Positions 41,500 through 55,577 of a DNA stretch of 64,000 bases are shown piece by piece. The notes beneath the pieces are model-generated. The model saw only the letters and a program-made list of their open reading frames with translations, was not told the origin of the DNA and did no database searches. Source of the DNA: Vitrella brassicaformis CCMP3155 (lineage: Eukaryota > Protista > Chromerida); contig CDMY01000360.1 in the NCBI GenBank assembly GCA_001179505.1, forward strand, positions 1-64,000, read 5' to 3'. A program made the position numbers and the translations under genes. Within the stretch, counting starts at the first letter, position 1; each line of letters starts with the position of its first letter.

Positions 41500-44293
41500 T
41501 CAGCCGCCCATCATCATGAGCAGGTCGTCTCCATACTCACAGTCCGGCTCCCACAGGGCCGCGGAGCCCCCCGGCTGCAGAGGGGTGTCGCCCTCCTCCT
41601 CACTCTCCTCATCGCGACCAACCACGCGACGGCCATCCACCACCTGCATGCCCGTCGACGAGAACGGATTCGCTGCTGCTGCTGCTGGTGGCAATGGAGC
41701 AGAAGCTGCCGCAGCAGCAGCAGCAGCAGCAGCAGACGATGACGAAGAGGAGCATGGTTGCTCTTCTGGTGGTGGCATGAGTGGTCCGACGTCGTTGTGG
41801 CCGAAGAGCATCTCAAGGTCTTCGTAGGTGAACCACTGACAGACACCACAGATGAGCAGCAAGGGATGCTCCTTTATGCTGCTTCCCTCGTGGTGCAAAC
41901 ATACACACACACGCACCTGTTGCTTGAGATGTCTGGCGGGGTTCTGTGCCGCCTGCGATCCGGCGGCCCCCACGCCCTTCTTGGACACAGACATCCGCCG
42001 ACGCGTCATCGTCATGCCGCCATTGTTGTCTTCATCGCCCCCAGTCGGCTCGTCATTCCCCCCGGCAGCAGCAGCCGGGGTGCTGGTGAAGTCCTTGATG
42101 CGCCTTTCGATGGTGTCGGCGATGAAGTAGCGCCAGACGTGTGAGCGGCGCCTCTGGCCCATCCGGTAGATGCGGCCCACGGCCTGTGCCTCGTCGGCAG
42201 CACTCAGCTGCGGCTCCAGCAGCACCACGTGGTTGGCCACCGTGAGGGTCAGCCCACGACCGGCGTGCTGACAGACAGACAGACAGACAGACAGAGGGAC
42301 ATGGACAGGAGCGTGATGGTGTCTGTCTGGTGTGGTTTTTGGTGTGTACGTGCAGGTTGCAGACGAGCACGCGGATGTCAGGGTTGAGCAGGAAGGCCCT
42401 CAGCGACTCCTCCCTCTTGGCTCGAGTGCTGCCTGCACACACCACACCACACATATGCCCCTGCCATCCATCTCCGTCTCTCCCTCCCTCTCAGTTCTCA
42501 GTCAGTCGCTCGGTCCACTGACCCCCGTATCTGACGAATGGGAGGCTGTTCTTCCGCAGCGCAAAGCACAGGATGTCGAGCACCTCATTCCACGACGAAA
42601 ACACCACCACCTTGCCCTCCTCCATCTCTCCGGCCTCAACCTCACCCTCCCTCTCCCTCTCCTTGCCCATATCGACAAGTGTCTTGACGCGCCGCAGGAC
42701 GCCCTCGATCTTGGTGCCCCACGAGCCGTCGATCGACACGCGGCTGTCTGCTGCATCTTTGCCGTTGTCGTCGGGTGAGGGCGCGTTCATGGTGATGAAG
42801 GCGATCTGCGAGCGGGCCGCCTCGTGCCGGCACACAGGGCACTTGATGGACACACGACGCTCGCGATTCAACAGCTCTGACCACACAAACACAGACACAC
42901 ACAGGGGGAGGCATCTTGATCTGTCTGTTTGTTGGCCGTGTGTGTGTTGTGTCCTTCCTTACCAGTGGTGCACTTGACGCAGAGTCCGTGTCCGCAGGGG
43001 AAGAGCGCCTGTGCGGCCTCGCACGCCGCCATGATGAGCGCCTCCTGGCACACCGGACACCGGTCGTCCTCCTCACCCTCACCACCACCACCGGCACCAC
43101 CACCCACATGAGCGTCTCGCTCGACAGGTGAGGGGCTCGGGGACGGCTCTGCCATGTTGATGTCGGCGTCGACGCGAGATGACGACGATGCATTTGGGCT
43201 GGGGGCGGGGTGGTGTGGGTGTGGGTGTTGGTGGTTGTGTCTGTTGTGGTGCGAGGCCTGCCGCCGCTGCAGGTGGCGGAGGAACTTGTGCTGCGCCTTG
43301 AGGCGGGCCATGGTGCTCTTGGCCTCGGCGCGCTCGCTCTGATGACGCAGACCAACATGCACCACACGACACACACGGAGGGATGGACATGTGTCATTGC
43401 TTGGGCTATGGTGGGGTGTGTGCGTGTGTTCGTGTGTGTCCTCCCTACCAGCAGCTGCATTTCCACGTAAGGCACTCTGACAGGCTCCAGGTTCCACAGG
43501 GCCTCACGACGGGCGGCCGCAGTCTGGGGGCCACTGAACCAACACAGGGAGACAGACAGACAGGCAGACAGACAGAGAGGAACACACAGGCACACGTGTG
43601 TTGGTCGGCCTTCTTTGTGTGTTCTGGGGATCCATCCCTACCCGAGCTCCTTCTCCTGCCGGATCTGCTCAGGCGTCTTGAGCCGAAACCTGCACACACA
43701 GATGGATGGATGGATGGATGGACACACATGCGGTGGAGGCAGGTGTGTGTGTGTGTGTGTGTGTAGGTGCGCACCTGAGGCAGCACATGTTGATTTCGTC
43801 GTAGCTCGACAGCATGTCGCGCGAGGCGTTCCAGAACCGACGGCTGACCAGCAACTCCTGCGCAGCACCAAATGCAATGGCAGGTGGTCCAACACTTGTG
43901 CGTGTCTGTAGGTGTGATGGACGTGCCTTCTTGATGAGCTGCAGCTCCTGCAGGTGGCCGTCGGCGACCCTCTCTAAGTCACGGTCGTAGTGACGCAGCT
44001 CCCTGACAGGCACAGGCAGACACACAGATAGATGTGCCAACACACCACACAGTCCGTCCGCCGTGTTGTGTGTGTGTGTGTGTGTGTTGTCCTATTATCC
44101 AGGTAGGTAGGTAGGTACCTCTTGAGCAGGTTGAGTATTTGTATGGTGATGGAGTCGCCGTAGGCATGGACGTCCCCCTGGAGGGCCTCGCCCACCATCC
44201 GCTTCTCCTCAAAGATCGAGATGCCCTTGTTGATCACCGAATACAACTCGCGCTCCAACCTGCACACACACACACACACACACATGTGGCGTC

Positions 44294-44332
<39 letters not shown>

Positions 44333-47300
44333 TGTGACCTGTCGAAGATGGGGTTGGCTTTGCAGTGGTCGCACTCCGGCCCCTCCCGCTCGATGCGGCA
44401 CTTGGAGCAGTTGGCACTCCTCTCTATCACAAGGCTAGAGGGCTTCCCGGGAACATCCAAACGAGTCACCGCCTGCAGCACACACACACACACAGAGAGA
44501 GAGATGGGAGGATGGCTTGGTGAGGTGGGGTGTGTGTGTGTGTGTGTGTGTGGTGGGCGTGCCTTGATGACGTTGTCTCTGCATTCGTAGAGAGTGTTGA
44601 CGTCGCTGGTGAGGGAGTAGAAGACCTTCTTAAGGGTGCCGTACTTCTGGCTGCGCATCTGCAGCCCCGCTACCGTGTTGGCGCCCATACCGCTCGACCC
44701 GCCCTCGTGCATCAGCACGTCGTGCACCCTGCACACACCACACACACACACACACAACACATGCATGCCTTTCTCTGTGTGTGAGTGTGGGTGACTGACT
44801 TGGACAGCAGCGTGTCCTGTGCACTCGTGCCAGGGTTAAGGAAGATGTCGAAGGCGCCCCACCAGGTGTCCATTTTCTTGTCCCGCCGGCCCTGCTTCGA
44901 CTCGTCGATCCTCTTGCGATACTCCTCGAACTCCCGGCGCGTCGTGTCCAGCTTGTGCCGACTCTGGGGCGGGCACACACACAGATGCACACACACACAA
45001 AGGGATGTATCGGTTGTACGATCGGCGGGGACCTCGTGAGGCGGTGGGTGGGTGGGTGATATAACCTTGGCGAGGTACTGTTCTTTGAGGGCGTTGGCTT
45101 TGTCCTGGTGTGTGTGGTCCTGCAGGGTGTGGCCGATGTCGCCGATGTGGCGGTGGCCACTCGCGGCCTTGCCCGGCAGTATCTCGTGCAACACCTGAAG
45201 ATCCAACGACACACACACCACACACAAACACACACACACACACACACAGAGACAGAGAGAGAGAGGGGTGCAGGTGTGTGTGTGTGACACGTGTGTGTGT
45301 GCACCGATCGCATCACTGCCCTCCCCCTTGTGTGTGTGCAGCGAGTGGAGGAATCGTGTGGCGTGCCGTGTGGTGTGCGCAGCAGGGCTGGATGCCGCAA
45401 GCGTAGCATGTGTAAGGCTGCTACCGACACCTTTATTATTGCTGCGGTGGGGTCGGCCATCTCTCTCTCTCTCTGTCTGTGTGTGTGTGTGTGTGTGTCG
45501 TGCGATGCAGTGCCTCCCACCTCGTGTAGGTTTTCCAGTGTGTGGATGCGCTGCAGCGCGTCAACACGGAAGCAGGACCTGTCCTCAGTCGCTGCCGTCT
45601 CCAACACATGCCTGCATCAATCACCACAAGATGACACAACACAACACATGTGGGGGTGGTCGGTCGGCGGGCGGGTGCGGTGCTTCATAGCTTTCAATCT
45701 CTCTCTGTGTGTGTGTGTGGGTGACCTACCGGTAGTGTTCGATGGCGTCTTTGAGTTTGTCCTGGAGCAGTGCGATGCCGCCCAGCCCGTTGGTGTTGGC
45801 CGTGTAGACCCGTAGCTGCTCCTCTACCTCCACCTGCACCACAGACAGACAACACACACACATCCCCATCACACCTTCCCTCCCTCCCCCTCTCTCCCCC
45901 ACCACAACACTCCTACCTTTGACTTCTGGATCAGTTTGTCGAGCACGTCATCCATCGACATGAACTGACCCGCCGTCCCCGTAGCGCCGTCCCCATCGTC
46001 CATACCACCACCACCAGCACCGGACCCCCGTCGCTTTCGCTTGCTGCCTCGCCGGCCGCCCCTGCCTCTGCCTGTGCCCCTGGTCATGTTGCGCAGCCCC
46101 AGTGCGCCGATCTGTGGGTGGCAGCACGCCTGACGCAGCGCCAGGATGTAGCTGCGAAGCTGATCCGTCTTCCTGAGATAGACCAGAGAGAGAGAGAGAG
46201 AGAGAGACAAGGTGCGGAGGATGGATGGGTGTGGTGTGCGGGGGTAGGGGAGGGGGTGCTCTACTCACTTGTCGATGGGCAGCTGTTCGGTCTCGATGAG
46301 CGCCGCAGCCGCCTTGCGCCGCTTGTCGAACACCTCGCGCACCTTCTCGAGGACCTTCTCGTGCTGCCGCTGGTAGAAGAACCGCTCCACCGGCGAGAAC
46401 TGCAGGAACACGTCGTGCCGCTCCAAAGGCGGCAGGTCCAGCTCTCCGGCCACGTCGGCCTGCTGCGTCCGCCAGAAAAGGGGCTGCATCAGCGTCAGCA
46501 CTCGGTCCAGCACCACACCCACCACACCCCACCGCGCGTCGCTGGCATGCACAAAGCCGTCGCTCTCATCCGGCGCGGCCGTCAGAGGCACGGAAGCGGT
46601 GGCATTCTCCCCTTTGATCAATGGCAGCGAGGGCATCGTCTCGAGGGCGGCGAGCTCGTCTTCCTCCCTCTCCCTCCTGTCACGCTCGCGCATCTCCTTC
46701 TGCCGCCTCGCCTCCTTGTGGCGCCGCAACGTGGCGAGCCAGTCCTCACCCTCACTGATGGGTGCATATGGCTGCGAGTTGTCGTACACACGGCAGGGGG
46801 AGGGAGAGGGAGAAGGGGAGGGAGGGTCGAGCATGTCGTCGTCTTGTGGCTGGGACGGAGGTGCTGGCTGCTGGGTGTTGGCTGGTGTGCGTGTGGGTGT
46901 GGGAGTGGGGAGGGAGGGGGGCACGGGCAGCACCGGGGTGAACCGCTGCGGCAGCTCCGACTTCAGCGGCTCCACAAACCGACTGAACATGCGAGCCCCT
47001 TCCCCGAGGAAAGGCATGGTTGGCCTCTGCAGAGCCATGAGCAAGCCGGGTATGTCAGCCGACAGGTGGTTGACGATCGGCGTGCCGGTGACGCACCACC
47101 GGAGGTGCGACGACAGCTTGGAGCACATTTCCGCCGCGCGAGTGTGGCCCTCCACCATCTGTGCCTCGTCCAAGACCACTCGGTACCACTCCACCTGCAA
47201 CAGTGGCGTCGGGATGGAACGATGCCGCTTCGCATACCTATATATGAGACACACACACCGACAGACATCCAATCCACTGCTGATGATCTGTGTGGTGGTT

Positions 47301-49933
47301 GGCCAGCCTAAGCGACCGACCGACCGACCGACCTCATCTGCCTCTTGGGTGGCGGCTGGTAGTGGATGTCGTCCCGGAGCGTCTCGTAAGAGCACAGCAC
47401 GACGTCATAGTCGCACAGCTGCTCAGGCCGGGTCACCACACAGTGCAGGTCGTCGTCATGCCAGTCGCCAGAAGCCATCATCAAGGTGGTAGTGGCGTCA
47501 CCGTGGGTGTCCGGCTGCCGGCGCCTCCGCACGCTGCTGCGACGCCTCTTGGACCGGCGGCGGCGCCGGCCGCCGACATCGCTGACATCGCCATCCTCAT
47601 CGGCATCATCGGAGTCGCTCTCTTTTGCCAACTTCAGCAGCCGCTGCTCCTTGCGAAGCTGATGGATGGATGGATCAAGGCACCACAACACATAGACAGA
47701 AAGTGAGAACGGTTTCGCTCTCTTCTCCCTGTCTGGTGCGGCTACGGTACCCGTTTCTTGAGGCGGTCTCCGACGTTGTGCACGCTCGTGTAGACGAGGG
47801 CCTTGATGGCGCCGGGCTCGGTGTGTTTGCGGATCTCTCTCATCCACTGGGTACTGATGGACGCGGGGGTGACGATGAGGGTGGCCCGGACGGGGAGCGG
47901 CGGGGAGGTCTCAGCCGTGCACGCCGCACACACGTATTCTTGCTCCGTGTCGCCCTTGCTGGGGGAGGGGTCAAAGCCCACACAGAGACAGTGGAACCAC
48001 GCCTCGCACCTGCAGCACACACCACGCAGAGCACAGGTGGATGGATGGATGGATGGATGCGGCGAAGTGTGTCTGGCGGCGCTGCGTACCTGTCACACTG
48101 GACCCACTGCCCCTCATATGCCTCCGAGTCCTCGCCGCAGGGACAGCCAAAGCCCCAGTCGTCATCCTCGACCTCGCTGTCCCACAGGGGCGGCACATTG
48201 GCGGGCGTCACATCCACATCCACACTGCCACTGGCGGAGTCAGACGCCTCCACCTTCTCCCGAAATCGCCGCATCATGGCCTCAAACTGCTCCGTCCGGT
48301 AGTCGTCCTCATCGCCGTCGTCATTGGCATGCCTCTCCTCTGCGGCCCTGCTCCGTGTCTGCACCCGCCCGCCAGCCGTTGCCTCACCGGCGCCACCAGG
48401 CTTCACACGCTGTAGCCGTAGCTGCGCTTGCTCGGCTGACCGCCGCCCCGCGCCGCCCGCAGGGTGGTTGTCGCCATTGCCGTCCCCCCCGCTGCCCCTC
48501 GGCACCCCCGACCCATCCACCGCCACATCGTGCCTGAAGCGCTTCACGTGCGCATCCCTGCCGCCACCGTGCCCCACCCGATGCGGAGACTCACTGCCCC
48601 GCCTCTCGGCACGCCCTTGCTGCTCTGCCAGGGGTGGTGCCGTGGCTGGCGATGGCTTGGGGTTGGCGAGGATGAGGGCAATGACCTCGGCGGTCTTGCC
48701 CAAGCCCATCTCGTCGGCAAGGATGCCCCCCCTCACCGCATAAGTGACCGCCGGCGGTGCGCTGCGCCGCACCGCGCCATTGACCATATGCACATACAGC
48801 GGCCGACTGGACAGCGCCCCTCGCACCAGCACCCAGTAGGGGTCGGGCACTCCGATGGTCTGCTCGGCGCCGTGTGTCTCGCGGAAGACCATCCACTGCA
48901 CCGCCCGCTGCTGGTACGGCCGCAGCTGACACGTGAGGCCCGTGGGGGCCACAAAGGGCTGCACCGCCGCAGCGTGCCCCTGCGATGAGGCCTCGGCGGC
49001 GGTCATTGGCGACGGCGAAGGGGATGGCACTGGGGGAGCGGGGGGAAGCGGGAGGGACCTCAGTGCGTTGTACAAGTATGAAGCGTCGAGGTGAAAGACG
49101 GGCTCGTTCTTAGCGATGGCCGGTGCGCTGAGGACGGGGGCGAAGATGTCCTGAAAGAACTCGAGCAGCTTGGAGCCGCCGGGAGGGGTGGGCGGAACGC
49201 CGGTCGGGACCTCAGAGTCCTCCAAGACGGCGAAGCAGTTGCGCGTGAGCCCGACAGCCACCGTGATGATGGCGTCGCCTCCTTTCCGCGCCTTCTTGGC
49301 TCCCTCACCAGCCGCCCCATCCCCTGTCTGCTCCTCATGCGTGTCGTCGGCCAGAGGCTCGTCTTCCATGGCGACCCTGGCCTCCTCCACTCTCCCCCTG
49401 ATGGCCAGCGCACCCTTCGTCTGCAGATACTGCAGCAGCCGCACACGCGCAATGGTGGCCGAGGGCGTGAGCGAGTGCGCCTGCACGTCGCGATGGGCCA
49501 CGGGATTGCCCTCTTGGTCGTAGAGGGTGAACGAGGCATAGCCCTTCTTCTCCTTGGTGCGCTCGACTCTGACGTTGTAGACGGGCTGGTCAAGCTCCCT
49601 GCTGCCCTCGTCGCGCAGGAAGGAGACCCGCGGCCACTCGAAGAGAGGGAATGATATGTCGAGCCACACCTTGACAGCAGCGGTCGGCCGCTTGAGCCGG
49701 TGCCGGGTCTTGGGCGGGGAGGCCGGCAGGGCATACTGCTGATTCGGGTCGCTGGACCGAATGAACTTGAGGCTGACCGGCAGTTTAGTGAGGGCGCCGC
49801 CGCCCCGCTCCGACGAGGCCTGGCTGGCCGACACCGTCTCGATGTTGATGTCCACATCGTCGAGCGTCCACCCGGACCTCTCGGATCTGTCGGCGGGGTC
49901 CACGCGCTTCGGCACCGCCTTCTGCCGACCCAT
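41500..49933 (-). CDS. SHPRH: SHPRH-type SNF2 helicase / PHD / RING E3 ubiquitin ligase, many exons
   Basis: GGILADEMGLGKT, PHD (CPCG..WVQCD..CEAWFHCLCVG..YVCAAC), TLIVTPASISTQWMREIRKH, WYRVVLDEAQMV, RWCVTGTPI, LRQACCHPQIG, RING (CPVCQE..PCGHGLCVKC..CPVCR), KVVVFSSW, AQAVGRIYRMGQ. Confidence 0.92.
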
Positions 49934-50341
49934 GAGTCAGTCAGCTCGATGGAGAGGCAGACTCAGGCAGTAACAATCAATAACTACTTCTATCAAAGAT
50001 CAGGTCGCCAATGGGACAGCCCATGACGCCGCATGTCTAATCACTCCCGCACGTCAAGTTCGAAGGCATTCCTACTGGGTTTGGGGTGTACTAGGGTGCA
50101 GGATTCTGCGAGCTTAGACGCGTTCAAAGGGGTTGCTTGTTTATCAGCGCGTGTTGATGATCTTCTGGGTCGTTCTTGCAGGTACAGCTGCATCGCTTTC
50201 CCCGGCGGACTCATCAACTCTGTCCGGAAAGGCTGTATCCTTCTGTCCACCCTGGTCGCCGCCTGGAACGCTCTCGTCGGCAGCGAAACCTTACAGATCC
50301 GTGCATGGAAAGGCCGGCATGGCAAGACGAGACGGCAGGCA

Positions 50342-51509
50342 ATGGAAAGCTCTGCTTGTCGGCCGACGGCTGGCTCGTTCTTCGGGTGCTACCTGATCAA
50401 TTCGGTCACAAGGAAGCAGACGACGTACGTCGGCTTCACATGCAACCCCGGACGGCGCATCAGACAGCACAACGGCGAGATCAAAGCAGGTAGGTACGCC
50501 ACACTGCCGATGATATCTGAGCCTTCCTGGCCCTGTCGGTGCGCGTCAGTACACCTTTGTTTGTGTGTGTTGTCGGTGTGCGTGTGTGTGGTGTGTGATC
50601 TCATCAGGTGCTCGCAAGACGCGGCGGTGGCGTCCCTGGAAGATGATTGTGTGTGTGTGGGGCTTCCCCAACAAGATCGCTGCACTGCAGTTCGAATGGG
50701 CCTGTAAGCGGAAAGGAAAGGCGCCAAGTCAAAAGAACGCTTGTCGATGGCTGCAGTTGGTGTGATCGGTGCAGGGCAGCGTCCTGCTGTGAGCCGCCTG
50801 TCGCGTGACGCAGTGGCCGACCTCTCATACTGGTCGGTCGGCCAATTGTTGAAACAAACACACTAAGACACCGCTGGACCTGCTTGTTTGTGCGTGTCGT
50901 CCACTCAGCCGGGTGACGAAGTGGGGCCGTCAGAAGCGTCGCACGGTGGTGCAGAACCTGGAGGTGGTCTTCAGGATGCTCAAGTGCCAACCATGGGCTA
51001 GAATGCCGCTGCAGGTAGGCACATAGGTCACTCAGCCACCACACAAACACACTGATTGTCAGACACACGCAGCTGGACGATTCTCTTGATGCGTGCAGGT
51101 GCATTTCTTGGACGCCGAGGCGTATGAGACGCTGCTGCCGCGGCTGCAGACGGCGACGGAGATACCCACACACATCAAGATAGTCCACGGCGGATTCGAC
51201 GACCTGCCGGTCAATCTGAAAGGCAGTCAGGTGAAGACGACAGCCACGACGACAACGACGGCAGTGAGGGGGCCAAAAAGTGCGACAGCAGTGGGGGGGA
51301 GGGCGGCAGGGGCAAAGGACCGATGGGCCTCGCCAAGAAGAAGAGGGGCCGCCCAAAGGCCAAGCCAACAGCCAAACAGCCCGTCGGCAGGCCGCCAAAG
51401 GTCCCGCGGGCCAAGAAGGCAGCAGCAGCAGCAGCAGCCAAGGCGGACGACACGTCGATGGACGCGCGCGTCGGTGGAGAGGTTGAAACTTCGGCGAACG
51501 GCAGAGTGA
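50342..51509 (+). CDS. SLX1: SLX1 paralog: intact GIY-YIG exons, RING exons deleted, frameshifted tail (possible pseudogene)
   Basis: [45 protein letters not shown]; relative to the 13.4-kb copy it lacks ~14286..15096 and ~15339..15781. Confidence 0.75.
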
Positions 51510-51788
51510 CCACACACATGAATGTGTTTTTCCTTCATGTGGTATGGAGTCTGGAAATGGACCTGGACATTTGATGTAGATATGCCTTTACACCATGACG
51601 TGCTCACTGACATCGAAATCCGTAATTGGCTATGTGTGTGGCGCAATGAATGGACGCGGCTGCTCGATAGAGGTCCATCCGAAAGGCATGAGTCATCCAA
51701 TCCTGACAGCAAGAAAGACCCACGACACATAATAAAGGATATGTGTATAGCCAACCTGTGAATGCTGGCCTCTGTCGTACCGTGCTGC
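50358..51788 (+). repeat. Direct segmental duplicate of 13400..16098 with two internal deletions
   Basis: Shared exons, introns and 3' flank; deletion junctions near 51231 and 51472. Confidence 0.88.
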
Positions 51789-52471
51789 ATCCAAGAAGGC
51801 GTGTGTGTGCGCCGTGTGGGTACCGAGCTTGTCGGTATGACTGATGCGCGTGTGGATGTCTGTCTGTGTGCCTGAGTGTCAGCCTGCCTGGATGGCTGCC
51901 TGGATGGCTGCAGTGACTCAGTCAGTGCCAGTGAGTGTCTCTGTGGGTGGATTCGAATGCATATCAGTCAGTCAGTCAGTCAGTGAGTCTACTGCACAGC
52001 TAGCTGGCCGGGTGGCGCTATATCATCGGATCGATGCCACGCCCCGGTCGGGCCGCGCACATCAATCCGATCGACCATGCGCACACACGGAGGCCGGCAC
52101 GCACACAATGACCACACCACACCACACACTCACTCACAATTAGAGAACAGTGCAAAGCAATACGGCAGCAGAGACAGAAGTTAGCCATCTCACACGAGTC
52201 AGCTATCGCCAAGAATACAGCCACTGTTGCCATCCATCTCATGCACGACGACTGGGTCTGAGGTCGCCCAGATTAAGCGAAAGAATGAATGTGTCGCGTC
52301 TGAATGATTCTTGCAAGGCCTACACACATTTCCTTGCCCGTGTCCTGTTGGTTGTGCGGTGCATTCCAATGAGTACAATGGCCATCAGAATATAAAATGT
52401 AGACAACGATGATCTGAAAGCAGGCAAGGACAGAAAAGGGTCATGAGACGCTGGGCTCGCCGTGTGCTGCG

Positions 52472-54913
52472 TCATGGCCATCTCACCCTTGTTCGACAGT
52501 CCGGTTCCGACACCAACCCTGGCGGCTCCCTGCTGCTTACGAATCCTGGCACCCCGCTGCGAGGCGCGGTCACTGGCAGATCAAAGCCCTGCGCACAGTC
52601 AAAGAATGGATCGATTCTGTGTATGCACAAATTTGTTTGGGCGCACCGCTCGTGTGAATGCAGTCTCGAGCTCTCTACACACGACTCGACACTGAACAGG
52701 GGCATGTGTGTGCGTGTGTGTGTGTGCGTGTGTGTGTGTGCGTGTGTGTGTGTGCGCGTGTGTGTGTGGTCTTCTGTCTGGTGCTGGCTGCTTACATGTG
52801 TTTGGTGGTTGCGATGTCTCCTTTGACGTCTCGGTACACGGCAGGCGGCAGAAACCCGAACGGCAGCTTCTCCACCTTCTTGAGCAACGACAGCAAACGA
52901 CCCCGCACCTCTTGACGTACGCTCCCTGCACAGCACAGCCATCCACATAGCATACACAGAATGAATGACACACAGACACCCGGGATCGACCAATGGATGT
53001 TCTGCCAGGCTTGGCTTACCCGGCAGGGCAGCGGTCATCACCTCTATCCACTCCGTGTGGGTGGCCGCCCTCGTTCCAATCACCTTCTCCGCTGCTCGGG
53101 CAATCTCCCGGTGGTCCATGTCGAAGTCCTTATACTTCTCGTACGCCGCCGTCAGCTCGTTGACGCTCGAAGATGCTCTCACAGGCGTCAGGGTGGGGCG
53201 GGCAACGCTCAACACACACCTCAACGCCGCAACCATGTCGCATCTGAGTGATAACGACACGCAGAGGAAACATTGACAACCGTGCTGTTGATGCCTGACT
53301 CGTGTCTCTTTCTGTCCTGCTCACCTGGGTCCTTGCTGATAGCCGCGCGGACTGTACATGCTGGCTTACGCAAACGTACTGACCATGACGTCCTTTGGTT
53401 CCGACGAGCCGCGCATCCGTCTGCCTGTGTGCCATCTCGAGGATGATGGAACGAGTCCAATCGATGAGCATTGCGCGCAGGCGGCCGCCTCCCCGTCTCC
53501 CCGGGAACATGATATTGGTGAGGTTGAAGTCTCGGTGGATCAGGTGGGCGCGGTGGCACGTCTCGAGTGCATCAAACTGCATGCCGCACACCACACATAT
53601 GGGTGAGTGAGACAGAAACACATGCAGAAAAAAGATATACCAATGGATGCGTCCACCCGGCACTCACCGTCGAGGTGAGAACTTCCATGACGGCGACGAA
53701 GGGGAGGTGGGGGTTGTTGGTCAGCCGTCGGTACTCGCCCATGAGCTGCGATAATGTGGACTGGAGCTTGCTGAGCTCCAGCACCTTCCTCGTGCCGGCC
53801 GCCGTCTCCACATCGAGGCACAAGAGGGTTGTCGGGACGCACGGCTGCTTCCCGTCTCTCTTCCCCTGGGCGTGCACCGCCGCTTTCGCCTGGTGCTCGT
53901 CGACGATTTCGTCTTCATAGTCGGCGTCGTGGGCCGTCTTGCTGACGAACATGTCACAGACGGCGCCGTCGAAGCCCTCCTTCGGGGGGCTGCTCCTCGA
54001 TGGGCTCTCTGGGTTTGCTGCTCGACCTTGACAGACACGCATAGGCATCCATTCAGCACACGGAAAGGTCAATTCTGTGACCCTCGTGTTGGATCTTACC
54101 CTCCAGCCCGAGGTCGCCTTGCTGCTCCTGTCGGTGGTCTTGCTCGTGGGGGTCTGTCGTCGCCTGACGGTGGCCTCTCGATTGCCACCACCTGATGGCC
54201 ACATACAAGAGACAACAGACATCGGCAATTGACATCAGTTGACTCGCCATCGATGTGTGTGCGTAGCGTACCAACTGATGTCGCTGAGGAGCTCGTTGGC
54301 GATGGCCTTCAGGTGAACGAGTGGAAGTGCCCGCCAGTCGTCGTGGACTCCCATGGCTGGGAGTCGCCTGTGGATGGAAGGACAGACAATCGGCTCTCTT
54401 TCTGTCTCTGTGCCCGCTACCTCTTCTTCGGCGCCGGCTCTCTGGGTTTGCTCGACCTTGGTGTCCGTCTCCAAGGTCCGCGTCGATGATTCCTTGGAGG
54501 TCTCTGTCTTTGGGCTTAGCTCTGTGTGTCCCCTCATCGGAGGTCCCTGTGACGAAGGGCGTCTCCCCGTGGTTCTGCATACTTACATCAAGCCACACAG
54601 GAACTGTGATTTGTACCACTTGTTCCTTCCTTCTGCTTTTTGTCCGCGTGTGTAGCGGCGTCTCCTTCCCTCCCGTCCCTGCTCCCTGTTCTGGAGAGGT
54701 CCCCGTCGATGAGGGCGTCTCACTCCGAACCGGCAACGAGCCCTCCTGCGCACCTGCTACTGCGACCGACACAGGAGGAATTGTCATGTTCGTTAATGTT
54801 GTGTGTCTTCCTGTTGTCTTGCGCGCCGGGCTCCGCTGCCCTGTTGGCGTTGCCGTGGTCGGTCTTGGACCCGCTACTTTGTTGATGACTGTATTTGCTG
54901 CCGAAAAGAACAT
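52472..54913 (-). CDS. Divergent protein kinase-like protein with a low-complexity N-terminus, multi-exon
   Basis: GFDGAVCDMFVSKT..DEHQA (N-lobe-like), DALETCHRAHLIHRDFNLTNIMF..AMLIDWT (catalytic loop, DFG-equivalent). Both ends uncertain. Confidence 0.65.
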
Positions 54914-55577
54914 GTGCTCTTTTGAGAAAAGAGCCGTCTCCGAATTCTCGCCCAGAGCCGTCTCCGAATTCTCGCCCTGGCGGAATTTACGAAGTGGACT
55001 CGTGTGGCCGATCCTGTGTGGCATGAACAGAGGACTTGGCCCACGGCTAAGCTCGCACCAACGAAAGGGCGGGTGGTGTATGAAGACGTCTACAGAATCT
55101 CTGTAATGCACACAGGAACCATGGTTAAAACACTAAATGCCGCTCGCTAGTATCACACTGCAGCAAACATCACGTGATGGACACGCAAGGCAGGCTCTCC
55201 AGGCAGGCAGGCAGACAGCCGTGCGTGTGTGAAGAGCACATTTGCTAGACACGCGGCCGCCGACCCACCTGTCTAGCTCTCGGCTCCTATCGGCCACCTG
55301 ACTGAAGGCCTCAGCACACTAAGCAGTCACGCCATCTCCCTAGGGAGACACCAAAGGCACAAAAAAAACACCAGCCGTCCCGCATCTGTCTGCTCATATC
55401 AACACACCACCATCATCCCCCCAGCCCCTGGCCCTTCCCCTTCTCGCCTATCTGTCTGTCTGTCCGTCTGTCTGTCTACTGCATCCCCAGCGACTGCGAC
55501 GTCCACATCTCATACCATCTATTTACACTACCGACACACCACCCATCCCTCCTAGCTATCTATCTGTCCATCTCTGC

